DNA from: Bdellovibrionales bacterium
GTDB taxonomy: Bacteria; Bdellovibrionota; Bdellovibrionia; Bdellovibrionales; UBA1609
Length of the DNA stretch: 32,000 nt
NCBI GenBank assembly: GCA_965247685.1
Contig: OZ252021.1
Location: forward strand, 1,140,001 to 1,172,000
Direction of reading: 5' to 3'
Shown here one piece after another: positions 9,923 through 20,292 of this stretch. A program made the translations under genes and the position numbers. Numbering within the stretch: position 1 is the first letter of the stretch; each line of letters starts with the position of its first letter. The notes under the pieces are model-generated. The model ran no database searches, was not told the origin of the DNA, and saw only the letters and a list, made by a program, of their open reading frames with translations.

Positions 9923-10519
9923 ATGGAGCGGCAAAAGTCGGTTTTAAGAAATCAATTTAATAAAAACATTCAACAATTTGTTCAAAAATATTCCACAAAA
10001 TTTTTATCTCAAAAAATTTTACAGTTATTAGATGCTTTGAACTGGAATTCTTTTCAAACGGTGGCTGTCTATGCTCCTCTTTTAACTGAAGTCCCTTTAA
10101 CTCCTTTAGTTCATAAATACCCTCACATTTCGTGGGTATATCCTCGTCTTTTTAAAGATAAAAAATTTGTTTTTGTACGGACTCAAAAAGAAACCCTATT
10201 TAAAATATCTTATAAAAGTTTTCAAGAGCCAGAAAGTATGGATATTTGCCCTATTCGTGATATCGATCTTTTCTTGGTGTCAGGTCTATCTTTTGATCGT
10301 CAGATGAGGAGATTGGGTCGTGGTTTAGGTTTTTATGATCATGTTTTAGCTCAAGCTTCAAATGCTGTAAAAGTGGGAGTGTGCTGGAGTGTGCAAGTCA
10401 GTAATGAATCTTTACCACAAGAATCACATGATCAACTTATGGATATTTTAGTGACAGAGAATTGGCTTCTTTATTCTCAAAATTTTTTGAAACAAACAAT
10501 AAATAAGAAAGTGAGTTAA
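9923..10519 (+). CDS. 5-formyltetrahydrofolate cyclo-ligase
   Basis: GLSFDRQMRRLGRGLGFYDHVL matches the family signature (G-x-AFD-x-G-x-RLG-x-G-x-G-YYD). An AAGGAG SD lies 6 nt upstream. Confidence 0.85.
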   Translation: MERQKSVLRNQFNKNIQQFVQKYSTKFLSQKILQLLDALNWNSFQTVAVYAPLLTEVPLTPLVHKYPHISWVYPRLFKDKKFVFVRTQKETLFKISYKSFQEPESMDICPIRDIDLFLVSGLSFDRQMRRLGRGLGFYDHVLAQASNAVKVGVCWSVQVSNESLPQESHDQLMDILVTENWLLYSQNFLKQTINKKVS

Positions 10520-10523
10520 AATT

Positions 10524-12104
10524 ATGAATTACAATACTGTTGAACTTCTATTAGCAATATTTACAGGAGGCTTAGTAGGGAGTGGTACTCTTATCATTTA
10601 TCAATTAATACTCAGTCAGCAACGAAAAAGGAAACTCGACCGAGAAGTGAACCGTGTTATTAATAAAGCTCAATCTGAAGCTACACGTATTAAGAAAACA
10701 GCTGAAATTCAAGTTAAAGATATGGAAATTAAAGCTCAAAAAAAGATTGAGCAAGATTATGTAGAGGAAAAAAAGAAAGTTGAAATTGCAAGTGAAAAGT
10801 TACAACTTATGCAAACTAAGCAAGAAGATGAATATAATAGGCAAATAGAAATTTCAGAAGAACAGCAAAAAGAAATTGAGAAGCAAAAGAAAAAATTAGA
10901 AGAGCGTCAAGTCGAGCTTAAATCGTTGGAAGAAGAACAAGCAGAAGGTTTGAAGCAGCTCAATAGTCAATTGGAAAAAATTGCTCAGCTTAGTCAAAAA
11001 CAGGCTGAACAAGAACTTAAGGAGCTTTTGATGGAAGAAGTGAGATTAAAGTTAGTTCCTCAAATTCAAAAGATGGAAGAAGAAATGAGACAAGAAAGCG
11101 AAATAAAAGCAAAAAATATTTTAGCTCGATCTATTGCAAGGCAGGCCTCTGTAGTTACAACAGAACAAACTATCACTTCTATTCCTGTGGAAGAAGATGA
11201 TGTGAAAGGTAAAATTATCGGGAGAGAGGGACGAAACATTCGAGCTTTAGAGCAGGCCTGTGGTGTGGATGTTTTGATTGAAGAAGGTCAGGATGCTATT
11301 ATCCTATCATGTTTTGACCCTGTCAGGAGATCGATTGCTGAAACAGCGATTCATCGATTAATCAAAGATGGCCGTGTTCATCCTGTTCGTATTGAAGAAG
11401 TTGTAGAAAAAGTAAAAAGTGAAATTTTTAATCAAATGAAAGAGGATGGAGAGCAGGCCTGTCTTGATCTGAATATTCATGATGTGCATCCAGAAATTTT
11501 GCAAACATTAGGAGGGTTAAAATTCAAAACTCTCAAAGGACAAAATGCATTAAAAACTTCTGTTGATTTAGCTTTCTTAGCAGGACACGTTATGTCTGAA
11601 ATCGATGAAGATGAACTTTCTGCTCGAAGAGCAGCTTTATTTCACTGCATTGGCTTGAATGTAGATCATAGAGTAAAGGGCAATTACGCTCAAGTGGGAG
11701 CAGATTTTATAAAAAAATATCGTGAGAAACCTCATGTGATCCAAGCAGTGAGATGTCATAATTCTAACATTCCTGCAGAAACCGTACTTGATCATGTGCT
11801 ACAAACCAGTTTCAATCTTTATCAATCTTTGCCAAGTACAAAAAAGTTCAATGTTGAAGGGTTTATTAATCGTATGAAACACATTGAATCCATTGCCAAT
11901 AGTTTTTCAGGTGTGATTCGAAGTTATGCTATTCGTTCAGGGAAAGAGGTTCGTGTCATAGTCGACAGCTCTAAAGTCACCGATGATCAAACAATTATGT
12001 TATGTTCTGATATTGTCAAAAAACTAGAAAAAGAACTGGATATGTCTTATTCTTTAAAAGTGAGTGTTATTCGAGAATCTAGAATTGTAGAACATGCAAG
12101 ATGA
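10524..12104 (+). CDS. rny: RNase Y homologue (TM anchor, coiled coil, KH domain, degenerate HD domain)
   Basis: N-terminal TM (LLLAIFTGGLVGSGTLIIYQLIL) and a long E/K/Q coiled coil. KH motif GKIIGREGRNIRALE. The C-terminal region is collinear with the RNase Y HD domain and tail (RSGKEVRVIV ... SVIRESRIVEHAR), but the HD-motif residues are substituted (see findings). Confidence 0.85.
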   Translation: MNYNTVELLLAIFTGGLVGSGTLIIYQLILSQQRKRKLDREVNRVINKAQSEATRIKKTAEIQVKDMEIKAQKKIEQDYVEEKKKVEIASEKLQLMQTKQEDEYNRQIEISEEQQKEIEKQKKKLEERQVELKSLEEEQAEGLKQLNSQLEKIAQLSQKQAEQELKELLMEEVRLKLVPQIQKMEEEMRQESEIKAKNILARSIARQASVVTTEQTITSIPVEEDDVKGKIIGREGRNIRALEQACGVDVLIEEGQDAIILSCFDPVRRSIAETAIHRLIKDGRVHPVRIEEVVEKVKSEIFNQMKEDGEQACLDLNIHDVHPEILQTLGGLKFKTLKGQNALKTSVDLAFLAGHVMSEIDEDELSARRAALFHCIGLNVDHRVKGNYAQVGADFIKKYREKPHVIQAVRCHNSNIPAETVLDHVLQTSFNLYQSLPSTKKFNVEGFINRMKHIESIANSFSGVIRSYAIRSGKEVRVIVDSSKVTDDQTIMLCSDIVKKLEKELDMSYSLKVSVIRESRIVEHAR

Positions 12105-12116
12105 TGAAGGCGATTT

Positions 12117-13319
12117 ATGAATGAGGCAAAAAATCAACTCCAGAAAATTGTAAGACATTCTTCGGATTGTATTTCTCAGGAAGAACTTTTAAAAAAACTT
12201 CAAAAAAGCCTTTTAACTCGAAAGCCTTTATACATAAAGGCAGGCTTTGACCCCACTTATCCTGATTTACATCTGGGGCATATAGTTCTTTTAAAGAAGC
12301 TTAAAGTATTTCAAGATTTAGGGCATTCAGTGGCCTTTTTAATTGGGGACTTTACAGCTCGCATTGGAGATCCGAGTGGACAAAATGAAACTCGCCCTCC
12401 ACTCACAGAAGAAATTATAAAAAAAAATATGCGCACTTATAGTGAACAAGTTTATAAAATTTTGAATCCAAAGAAAACCAAAGTTTTATATAACTCAAAA
12501 TGGCTTAAAAAAATCTCTCCATTTGATTGGATTAAAATATGCAGCACAACAACCATTGCTCGCATGATTGAAAGAGATGATTTCGCTAAAAGATTTAAAG
12601 ACCAAAAGCCTATTTATATTCATGAGTTTCTTTATCCTATTATTCAAGGGTATGATTCTTATGCTATGAAAGCAGATATTGAAGTGGGCGGCACAGATCA
12701 AATTTTTAATTTAATTATGGGTCGTGAAATACAAAGGTTTTATCAAGAAGAGCCTCAATGTATTCTTACTTTTCCTTTGCTAGAAGGAACTGATGGAACG
12801 AAAAAAATGTCTAAAAGTCTGAACAACTTTATTGCTTTGAACGATACTCCTAAAGATATGTACGGAAAAGTCATGAGTATATCGGATGATTTACTTTTAA
12901 AGTATTATGAACTTTTAACAGATTATGATGATTTTAAATTCTTGAAGCAGCAAATTCAAAAAGAACCTTATCAGTATAAAAAACAACTTGCCGAACAGCT
13001 TGTGAGGCAATTTCACTCTGAGTCTGAAGCACAAAAAGCTCAAGAAAATTTTGAATCTGTGTTTAGCCAAAGGGGAGTCCCCACAGATATTCCAGAAATA
13101 AAGGTGTCGGCAAGTCGAGGGATGTGGATTTGTCATTTGCTTAAACAAACTCAACTCATCCCTTCTACAGCAGAAGGAAGAAGATTGATTCAAAGTGGAG
13201 GAATAAAACTGGACTCCGAAAAGATATCGAATCCAGATTTTAAATTGAATCTCACTTCTGGAAACAAATTTCTCTTGCAGGTGGGAAAAAGAAAATTTTT
13301 AAAAATTAAAGTGAAATGA
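12117..13319 (+). CDS. tyrS: Tyrosyl-tRNA synthetase
   Basis: HIGH-type motif (DLHLGH), KMSKS motif (KKMSKSL) and a C-terminal S4-like domain (AEGRRLIQSGGIKLD). Confidence 0.93.
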   Translation: MNEAKNQLQKIVRHSSDCISQEELLKKLQKSLLTRKPLYIKAGFDPTYPDLHLGHIVLLKKLKVFQDLGHSVAFLIGDFTARIGDPSGQNETRPPLTEEIIKKNMRTYSEQVYKILNPKKTKVLYNSKWLKKISPFDWIKICSTTTIARMIERDDFAKRFKDQKPIYIHEFLYPIIQGYDSYAMKADIEVGGTDQIFNLIMGREIQRFYQEEPQCILTFPLLEGTDGTKKMSKSLNNFIALNDTPKDMYGKVMSISDDLLLKYYELLTDYDDFKFLKQQIQKEPYQYKKQLAEQLVRQFHSESEAQKAQENFESVFSQRGVPTDIPEIKVSASRGMWICHLLKQTQLIPSTAEGRRLIQSGGIKLDSEKISNPDFKLNLTSGNKFLLQVGKRKFLKIKVK

Positions 13320-13750
13320 AAAATATGAAAAATAAAATTAAATTTATACCTCAAAATGTAGAACTTGAAATATCTTCTGAAAAAAATGTGATGGAGATAG
13401 CTCATGAGAATGGCATTCTCATTCAATCGAGCTGCAAAGGACAGGCTAATTGTGGTGAATGTCGAGTCATCGTTGCAGAAGGAGAAAGCCAAATGTTACC
13501 GCCTACTTCACATGAACTTTCTCTTATTGGGCAGGCTTATCATATTGATCAAAGAAGGCTTTCTTGTCAGCTTTATTGTTTTGGAAATGTAACCATTGAT
13601 GTCAGTGAACATTTGAAGAAAGAAGGGGATGCTGTCACTCAAAAGTTCTTGAAAAGAATTAAAAAAGATCATCGGCAAAAAATCCATTCTATTAGAGATA
13701 ATCTTATTGAAGTGGATAAAGAAATAAAAGAATGGACAAAAAAGTCTTGA
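13316..13750 (+). CDS. [2Fe-2S] ferredoxin, adrenodoxin/Fdx-like, with a charged C-terminal extension
   Basis: Cys pattern C-x5-C-x2-C (SCKGQANCGEC) followed by RRLSCQ. ATGA overlap with the tyrS stop suggests translational coupling. Confidence 0.75.
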   Translation: MKNMKNKIKFIPQNVELEISSEKNVMEIAHENGILIQSSCKGQANCGECRVIVAEGESQMLPPTSHELSLIGQAYHIDQRRLSCQLYCFGNVTIDVSEHLKKEGDAVTQKFLKRIKKDHRQKIHSIRDNLIEVDKEIKEWTKKS

Positions 13751-13764
13751 ATTTAAAACGAAGG

Positions 13765-14967
13765 CTAAGGCAAATTTTCTTGAGAGAGTTCTTTAGTAAT
13801 ATTTTTTTCTAAAGCTTCAATAGTTCCTCCGCCAATTTCTAATAACTTCGAATCCCGCCAAAGTCTTTCCACAACATAATCACCCACATAACCATAGCCG
13901 CCCATCACTTGTATCGCTCGATCTGCAATTTGCTTTCCAATTTGTGATGCCAAAAGTTTTGTTGCATCTGTCTCTATTCTTTTTATAGTTTTTTCTGAAC
14001 TGAGTCGATGAGCTACATAATAGACATAAGAGCGGCAAGATTGTAATTCTGCATAGCTTTGAGCCAAGTGTTTTTGAATTTGCCCAAAGTGTCGGATAGG
14101 TTTTCCAAAAGCTGTTCTTTGAGTTGCATATTTATTCATTTCATTTAAAGCTCTTCGAGCAATACCGACACTCATAGCTGCTAATGTCAGTCTTTCAATT
14201 TCTAAATTTTTCATCATTGGACTCAAAGCTTTTCCTGCTTCTCCAATAAGATGAGACTCCGGTACTCGACAATTATCAAATACCAATTCAGATGTATAAG
14301 AAGCTCTCATACCTGTTTTATTTTTAATTAACTGACCTGCTTTAAAGCCTGAAAAATTTTTCTCAACCATAAATAGACATATACCTGGACGATCTTCAAG
14401 CCTTGTATAAACAAGGCAAGCGTCGACTAGATCTCCCTGATCTGTAGTGACACCATTGGTAATCCACATTTTACGACCATTAAGAATATAGAAGCCTTTG
14501 TTGTCATACCGAGCTTTTGTTTGCATGGATAAAACATCTGTACCGGCGTCGGCCTCTGACATAGCCATAGCACCCACCCATTCACCAGAGCAGAGTCGAG
14601 GAAGCCACATCTTTTTTTGAATTTCATTTCCATGCTCATAAAGGTTATGAGCGCATAAAACGGCATGAGCTAAATAAGCTAGACAAAAGCCAGGATCAGA
14701 ATAGCTTAATTCTTCATGGACTAAGCAGGAAGCTGTCGCATCTAAGCCGACACCACCTAATGACTCTTCTTTAATAGTTATTCCTAATAGACCTAAATTA
14801 CCGGCTTTTTTGAATAAATTTAAATTAAACTGCTCATTTTTATCATGTTCTAAAGCTTGAGGCTCGACCTCGCTTTTTACAAACTTTTTAACCATTTCTC
14901 GCAAGAGTTGATGTTCAGGAGTGGGGTTTAATAAATTAACGTTATCCATGAGATCGTTTCTTTTCAA
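13765..14967 (-). CDS. Acyl-CoA dehydrogenase (isovaleryl-CoA dehydrogenase-like)
   Basis: Full-length ACAD pattern: GAMAMSEADAGTDV, KMWITNG and GGYGYVGDYVVERLWRDSKLLEIGGGT (catalytic Glu region). The track start is TTG; the ATG at 14949 (MDNVN...) is an alternative start. Confidence 0.9.
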   Translation of the reverse strand: MKRNDLMDNVNLLNPTPEHQLLREMVKKFVKSEVEPQALEHDKNEQFNLNLFKKAGNLGLLGITIKEESLGGVGLDATASCLVHEELSYSDPGFCLAYLAHAVLCAHNLYEHGNEIQKKMWLPRLCSGEWVGAMAMSEADAGTDVLSMQTKARYDNKGFYILNGRKMWITNGVTTDQGDLVDACLVYTRLEDRPGICLFMVEKNFSGFKAGQLIKNKTGMRASYTSELVFDNCRVPESHLIGEAGKALSPMMKNLEIERLTLAAMSVGIARRALNEMNKYATQRTAFGKPIRHFGQIQKHLAQSYAELQSCRSYVYYVAHRLSSEKTIKRIETDATKLLASQIGKQIADRAIQVMGGYGYVGDYVVERLWRDSKLLEIGGGTIEALEKNITKELSQENLP

Positions 14968-15019
14968 AAAGAGTTATATTTGGTAGTATAAGTATAAACC
15001 GTAACTAAAGAGAGGACAA

Positions 15020-15343
15020 GTGATTCAAATTTCAGATAAAGCAGCTCTGCAGATTCAGCACCTTCAAAAGCAAGAAGAGCCGGAAACTTCTTTTCTTCGT
15101 ATTTCTATTCAAGAGGGAGGCTGTTCTGGATTTTCTTATAAACTGGATTTTGATGAGCAAAAAAATACTCAGGATAAAGTTTTTGAATGTAGAGGAGTTC
15201 AGGTAGTTGTGGATTCTAAAAGCCTTCTTTATCTGATGGGAATGATTCTAGATTTTGATGGAGGACTTAATGGCAAAGGCTTTGTATTTTCCAATCCTAA
15301 TGCCAAAAAATCTTGTGGATGCGGTTTTTCTTTTGGTGTGTAA
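15020..15343 (+). CDS. HesB/IscA-family iron-sulfur cluster insertion protein
   Basis: RISIQEGGCSGFSYKLDF plus the C-terminal CGCGFSF signature. GTG start preceded by a GAGAGGA SD. Confidence 0.9.
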   Translation: MIQISDKAALQIQHLQKQEEPETSFLRISIQEGGCSGFSYKLDFDEQKNTQDKVFECRGVQVVVDSKSLLYLMGMILDFDGGLNGKGFVFSNPNAKKSCGCGFSFGV

Positions 15344-15355
15344 AAGGCATTTTTT

Positions 15356-16879
15356 ATGAGTAGAAAATTCATTATTTTGGATTTTGGCTCTCAGTATACT
15401 TGGCTTGTTGCTCGTTGTTTGAGGGAACTAGGTTACTACTCTGAAGTTCGAAATTTTAATGAATCTATAGAAAATATAAAAAAAGAAGATCCATATGGAA
15501 TTATTTTAAGCGGAGGCCCTCACTCAGTATTTGCCTCCAAGGCACCCTATCGATCTATTAAAGAGTTATTACAAATAGCGCCGTGTCTTGGAATTTGTTA
15601 TGGGATGCAGCTGATATGTCATGACTTAGGAGGGGATGTCCAAAAGTCTTCATCTGGAAGCTACGGTAAAACTGCTATTACTTGGAAAAAACCACTCATC
15701 AAAAATTTAAAAAATCAAATTGTATGGATGAGCCATGGAGATATTGTGAATCAAGCTTCTAAAGATTTAGAATTAATTGCCGTGACTGATGCAGGAATAC
15801 CAGCGGCCTATCATAGCCCTCAACTGAGACTGTGGGCTTTTCAATTTCACCCTGAAGTCTACCACACCGAACGTGGTAAAGATTTATTACAGTCATTTGT
15901 GCAGGATGTTTGTAAGGTGGAAAAAACCTCTTGGAATACAAACAATATGCTGCAAACTGTAGAACAGTATTTAAAAAATACTATTCCAAAAAATGAAAAA
16001 ATACTTTGTGCTTTGAGCGGGGGAGTGGATTCTACTGTCACAGCTACCTTACTCACACGTTTTTTGGGAGCAAAAAATGTTCAGTGTGTATTTGTAGATA
16101 CAGGGTTTCTCAGAGAAAATGAATTTGAGAATGTGCTCAATCTTTATAAAAAAATAGGTTTGAAAGTTCAAGGAGTCAATGCTCGTTCTGCTTTTTTGGA
16201 TGCATTAAAAAATGTTACAGATCCAGAACAAAAAAGAAAAATTATAGGACATACTTTCATTAAAATTTTTCAACAACAGAAGGATTCTGATGTTCAGTGG
16301 CTAGCTCAAGGAACTCTTTATCCTGATGTCATTGAAAGTGAGTCTCATCAAACCAGTGCCACTATTAAAACTCATCACAATGTAGGAGGATTACCTAAAG
16401 AACTCAATCTAAAACTTGTGGAGCCTCTCCGGAATCTTTTTAAGGATGAGGTAAGAAGTTTGGGAGAAAAATTGGGTGTTCCTCGATCGGCTTTATATCG
16501 ACATCCTTTTCCCGGTCCAGGGTTAGCTATCCGTATATTAGGTGAAGTGGATGAGGAAAAACTGAATGTACTTAAAAAAGCAGATTCTATTTTTATTCAA
16601 GAATTAGAAAATCATGATCTATACGATAAAATTTGGCAAGCCTTTTGTATTTTACTTCCTTGTCGTTCAGTGGGTGTTCAGGGAGATGATCGAACTTTTG
16701 AAAAAACTTTAGCTCTTCGAGCTGTTCACTCCAAAGATGGTATGACTGCGGATTGGTATCCTTTACCTTATATGTTTTTACAAACAGTATCCAATAAGAT
16801 AACAAACCAAGTGCGAGATATTAATCGTGTGGTTTATGATGTCACATCCAAACCTCCAGCAACCATAGAGTGGGAGTAA
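15356..16879 (+). CDS. guaA: GMP synthase (glutamine-hydrolysing)
   Basis: GATase motif GICYGMQL with FQFHPE, ATP-PPase loop SGGVDSTV, and the C-terminal dimerisation domain ending IEWE. Confidence 0.95.
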   Translation: MSRKFIILDFGSQYTWLVARCLRELGYYSEVRNFNESIENIKKEDPYGIILSGGPHSVFASKAPYRSIKELLQIAPCLGICYGMQLICHDLGGDVQKSSSGSYGKTAITWKKPLIKNLKNQIVWMSHGDIVNQASKDLELIAVTDAGIPAAYHSPQLRLWAFQFHPEVYHTERGKDLLQSFVQDVCKVEKTSWNTNNMLQTVEQYLKNTIPKNEKILCALSGGVDSTVTATLLTRFLGAKNVQCVFVDTGFLRENEFENVLNLYKKIGLKVQGVNARSAFLDALKNVTDPEQKRKIIGHTFIKIFQQQKDSDVQWLAQGTLYPDVIESESHQTSATIKTHHNVGGLPKELNLKLVEPLRNLFKDEVRSLGEKLGVPRSALYRHPFPGPGLAIRILGEVDEEKLNVLKKADSIFIQELENHDLYDKIWQAFCILLPCRSVGVQGDDRTFEKTLALRAVHSKDGMTADWYPLPYMFLQTVSNKITNQVRDINRVVYDVTSKPPATIEWE

Positions 16880-16882
16880 AGA

Positions 16883-19800
16883 TTGTCTTTTGTTCATTTA
16901 CATACTCACTCTCAGTATTCATTGCTTCGAGCAACCCCCACGATTGATGCCTTAGTTCAAAAGTGCAAAGAAGATAAAATGTCCTCCATTGCTCTAACGG
17001 ACTATGGTAATTTATTCGGAGCTTTAGAGCTGTACTTTAAATGCAAAGAAAATGATATTAAACCTATCATAGGCTCAGAGTTATATCTTACAGATAATAG
17101 ATTAGAAAAAACAAAAAAAGTTACTCATGAGCAGGGTTCCACTCTTGTATTTCTAGCTCAAAATGAAGAAGGATATAAGAACTTATGTCGATTAAGTACA
17201 ATAGGCTATCAAGAGGGGTTTTATTACCTTCCAAGAATTGATTACGAAGTGTTAAAAAAATACTCAAAAGGCCTTATCGTTTTATCCGGCGGCTCCATAG
17301 GCTGCATTCATCAATTATTTAAAAATTCTGAAGAAGAAAAGGCTTTAGAACAGGTTCGATTTTTAAAAAACATTTTTCATGATCGATTTTATCTAGAATA
17401 CGCCTCTTCATGTTCTAAAGAGTATTTAAGTTTTTTAAAAAATGTTTCGCAAATAACTTCTACTCCATTAATGGTCACTAATGACATTCACTATATAGAA
17501 CAGCAAGATTATATTATTCAAGATGTACTCGTTTGTATTGGAACTAATAATATTTTAAACAATCAATATGATACTGATCGACCTGATCTTCATTTTACAT
17601 CTACTGATCAAATGAAAAAACTATTTGAAAATGAAGATTCCTCTTTACTGGACCGCACTGGAGAAATTGCAGAACAATGCCATTTGGAATTTAAACTCAA
17701 AGATCAAAACAATCAGCCTATCTATCATCTTCCTCAACCACAACTTGAATCTAAAAAGAATTTAAAATCAGAACTGAAATATCTATCTGAAGAGGGTTTA
17801 AAGGGTAGATTGAAAGAGGAATCATCTCATCAAAATAAAGAGAAAGTTGAACAGTATCAAGAAAGATTAAAAACAGAATTAGATATCATTTATTCTATGG
17901 GTTTTACAGGTTACTTTTTGATTGTTCATGAATTCATTCACTGGGCTAAAAAAGAAAATATTCCTGTAGGGCCTGGAAGAGGATCAGGAGCTTCGTCACT
18001 TGTGGCTTATTGTTTGGGAATTACTGATCTAGATCCTATGTCGCAAAACTTACTGTTTGAAAGATTTTTAAATCCTGAACGTATCAGTATGCCTGATTTC
18101 GATATCGATTTTTGCCAAGAACATCGAAATCGTGTTATTCATCATGTGCTTGATAAATATGGAAGTGATTATGTGGCTCAAGTGATCACCTTTGGTCGAT
18201 TACAAGCTCGTGCAGCTCTTCGAGATGTTGGTCGAGTGCTTGCTATTCCTTATTCTGAAGTAGATGCTATTGCTAAACTAATACCCGAACAACTGGGTAT
18301 TACTATTCAAGAAGCTTTAGATCAAAATAATGCATTACAAGAATTGAAGCAAACTGATTCTCAAATTTCTACTTTGATTGATCTCGCTCAACGTATTGAA
18401 GGACTGGTTCGTCATGTCAGTGTTCATGCTGCGGGAGTGATTATCGCTGATCAGCCTATTTTGGATTACGCTCCCTTGTATCGAGGAAATGAAAGTGAGA
18501 ATGTCATTCAATATGATCTCAAATATGCAGAAAAAATAGGATTAGTAAAATTTGATTTTTTAGGACTTAAAACTTTGACTCATATACAAAAATCTTTTGA
18601 ATGGATACAAAAAAATCAAAAGAAAAAAATTGATAAACATAGCATCTCACTCAATGACCCAGGAATATATGAGATTATGTCCAAAGGGGATACTCTAGGT
18701 ATTTTTCAATTTGAAGGCAGGGGAATTACCGACCTGATTCAAAAAGCTTGTCCGACTTGCTTTGAAGATATTATCGCCATCAATGCTTTATTTCGCCCTG
18801 GTCCTATGGATATGATTCCTGTTTATCTTGAAAGAAGAAAATCTAAAACAGCAGAATATATTTTTCCTGAGCTGGCTCCTGTGCTTAAAGAAACACATGG
18901 TATTGTTGTATATCAAGAACAAGTACTTTTAATTTCAGCGTTAGTGGCAGGGTATAGCTATGCTGAAGCGGATGTTCTTCGTCGTGCTATGGGGAAAAAG
19001 ATCTCATCTGAAATGAAAAAACAAAAAACTCGTTTTATAGAAGGAGCGAAAAAGAACAAATACGATGTTAAAAAAGCTGAAAAATTGTTCGATACTGTTG
19101 CAGAGTTTGCTAAATACGGATTCAATAAAGCTCATGCTGCTGCCTACTGTGTGTTGGCTGCACAAACGGCATGGCTCAAGAGATATTACCCTGTAGAATT
19201 TTTTGCAGCTTTAATGAGTACTGAAATTGGCGATCATAAAAAGCTTACTAAGTATATTCAAAACGCTAAAGATCATAATATTAAAATTCAAACACCTCAT
19301 GTGAATGAGTCAGGGTATGATTTCATAGTCAAAGGGCAGCAGATATTTTTTGCACTTGGAGCTATTAAAGGAGTGGGGCAGTCTGCGGTGGAGAGTATTA
19401 TTTTTGCTAGAGAAAAAGTAAAAAAATTTGAATCTTTTGATCATTTTTTGGAAAGCATAGATTCTAAAAAAATAAATAAAAAAACAATTGATGCTCTTAC
19501 AAAGGCGGGAGCTTTTGACGGTTTAGGATACGAAAGATCAGATATTCTTTCTCAATTTGATTTATTAATTCAAAGAGTGGAAAAGAAAAAACAAGATCAA
19601 AAAATAGGGCAAACAAGCTTATTTGCTATTTTGGATGAAGACCAACCCATTCACCTAGCACATACAAAACCTTGGTCTTATTTAGAAAAACTACAAAATG
19701 AAAGGAAAGTTATTGGATTTTATCTTAGCCAACATCCTCTTGAGCATTTCAGACCGTATATTAAAAACATTCCATCTTATACCATACAAGAAGTGAAATC

Positions 19801-20290
19801 TAAGAATCCAGAAATGATAAAAACTTGGGGTATGATTGAAAATCTCAGAGAGGCTCGAACTCGAAAGGGGACTACGATGGCATTCGGCACATTAGAAGAT
19901 CACACAGGCCATCTGGATTTGATATTTTTTTCGACTATTTACTTGGATAATGAAAAATTAATCAAAAAAGATGAACCTTTATACATTACAGGGCGTATAC
20001 AGCAGTCTGAATCTTCTCACAGGTGTATTGTTGAGCAAGTTCAACCTTTTAGCATCTATTTAACTCAAGTGAATCGATTGGAAATTACACTTCCTGATCA
20101 AGTTAAGGATCAAGAGTTAAATCAACTTCAAGAAATTATGAAAGAAAATTCTGGAAAAACTCCTGTTGTGTTCAAATTAAATACAGGTTTAAATATGAAA
20201 ATTCAAGAGCCGTCAGGGTTGAACCTTAATATATCTGTTTTAGAAGATATGAGAAAGATTATTCCAGCAGAAAAAATTCAACTTGTTTAG
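16883..20290 (+). CDS. dnaE: DNA polymerase III alpha subunit
   Basis: PHP domain FVHLHTHSQYSLL, palm/fingers motifs (GPGRGSGASSLVAYCLGIT, PDFDIDF, FNKAHAAAY) and a C-terminal OB region. TTG start with a GGAG SD 6 nt upstream. Confidence 0.95.
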   Translation: MSFVHLHTHSQYSLLRATPTIDALVQKCKEDKMSSIALTDYGNLFGALELYFKCKENDIKPIIGSELYLTDNRLEKTKKVTHEQGSTLVFLAQNEEGYKNLCRLSTIGYQEGFYYLPRIDYEVLKKYSKGLIVLSGGSIGCIHQLFKNSEEEKALEQVRFLKNIFHDRFYLEYASSCSKEYLSFLKNVSQITSTPLMVTNDIHYIEQQDYIIQDVLVCIGTNNILNNQYDTDRPDLHFTSTDQMKKLFENEDSSLLDRTGEIAEQCHLEFKLKDQNNQPIYHLPQPQLESKKNLKSELKYLSEEGLKGRLKEESSHQNKEKVEQYQERLKTELDIIYSMGFTGYFLIVHEFIHWAKKENIPVGPGRGSGASSLVAYCLGITDLDPMSQNLLFERFLNPERISMPDFDIDFCQEHRNRVIHHVLDKYGSDYVAQVITFGRLQARAALRDVGRVLAIPYSEVDAIAKLIPEQLGITIQEALDQNNALQELKQTDSQISTLIDLAQRIEGLVRHVSVHAAGVIIADQPILDYAPLYRGNESENVIQYDLKYAEKIGLVKFDFLGLKTLTHIQKSFEWIQKNQKKKIDKHSISLNDPGIYEIMSKGDTLGIFQFEGRGITDLIQKACPTCFEDIIAINALFRPGPMDMIPVYLERRKSKTAEYIFPELAPVLKETHGIVVYQEQVLLISALVAGYSYAEADVLRRAMGKKISSEMKKQKTRFIEGAKKNKYDVKKAEKLFDTVAEFAKYGFNKAHAAAYCVLAAQTAWLKRYYPVEFFAALMSTEIGDHKKLTKYIQNAKDHNIKIQTPHVNESGYDFIVKGQQIFFALGAIKGVGQSAVESIIFAREKVKKFESFDHFLESIDSKKINKKTIDALTKAGAFDGLGYERSDILSQFDLLIQRVEKKKQDQKIGQTSLFAILDEDQPIHLAHTKPWSYLEKLQNERKVIGFYLSQHPLEHFRPYIKNIPSYTIQEVKSKNPEMIKTWGMIENLREARTRKGTTMAFGTLEDHTGHLDLIFFSTIYLDNEKLIKKDEPLYITGRIQQSESSHRCIVEQVQPFSIYLTQVNRLEITLPDQVKDQELNQLQEIMKENSGKTPVVFKLNTGLNMKIQEPSGLNLNISVLEDMRKIIPAEKIQLV

Positions 20291-20292
20291 TT

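Noticed and set aside
12495-13592. Short ORFs overlapping tyrS and the ferredoxin gene (12495-12701, 12915-13193, 13190-13492, 13404-13592)
   Set aside because: They are antisense or off-frame to well-supported genes and give low-complexity products.
14427-16805. Short ORFs inside the acyl-CoA dehydrogenase gene and guaA (14427-14666, 15759-15941, 15859-16056, 16593-16805)
   Set aside because: They are nested within strongly supported enzymes and have no independent signals.
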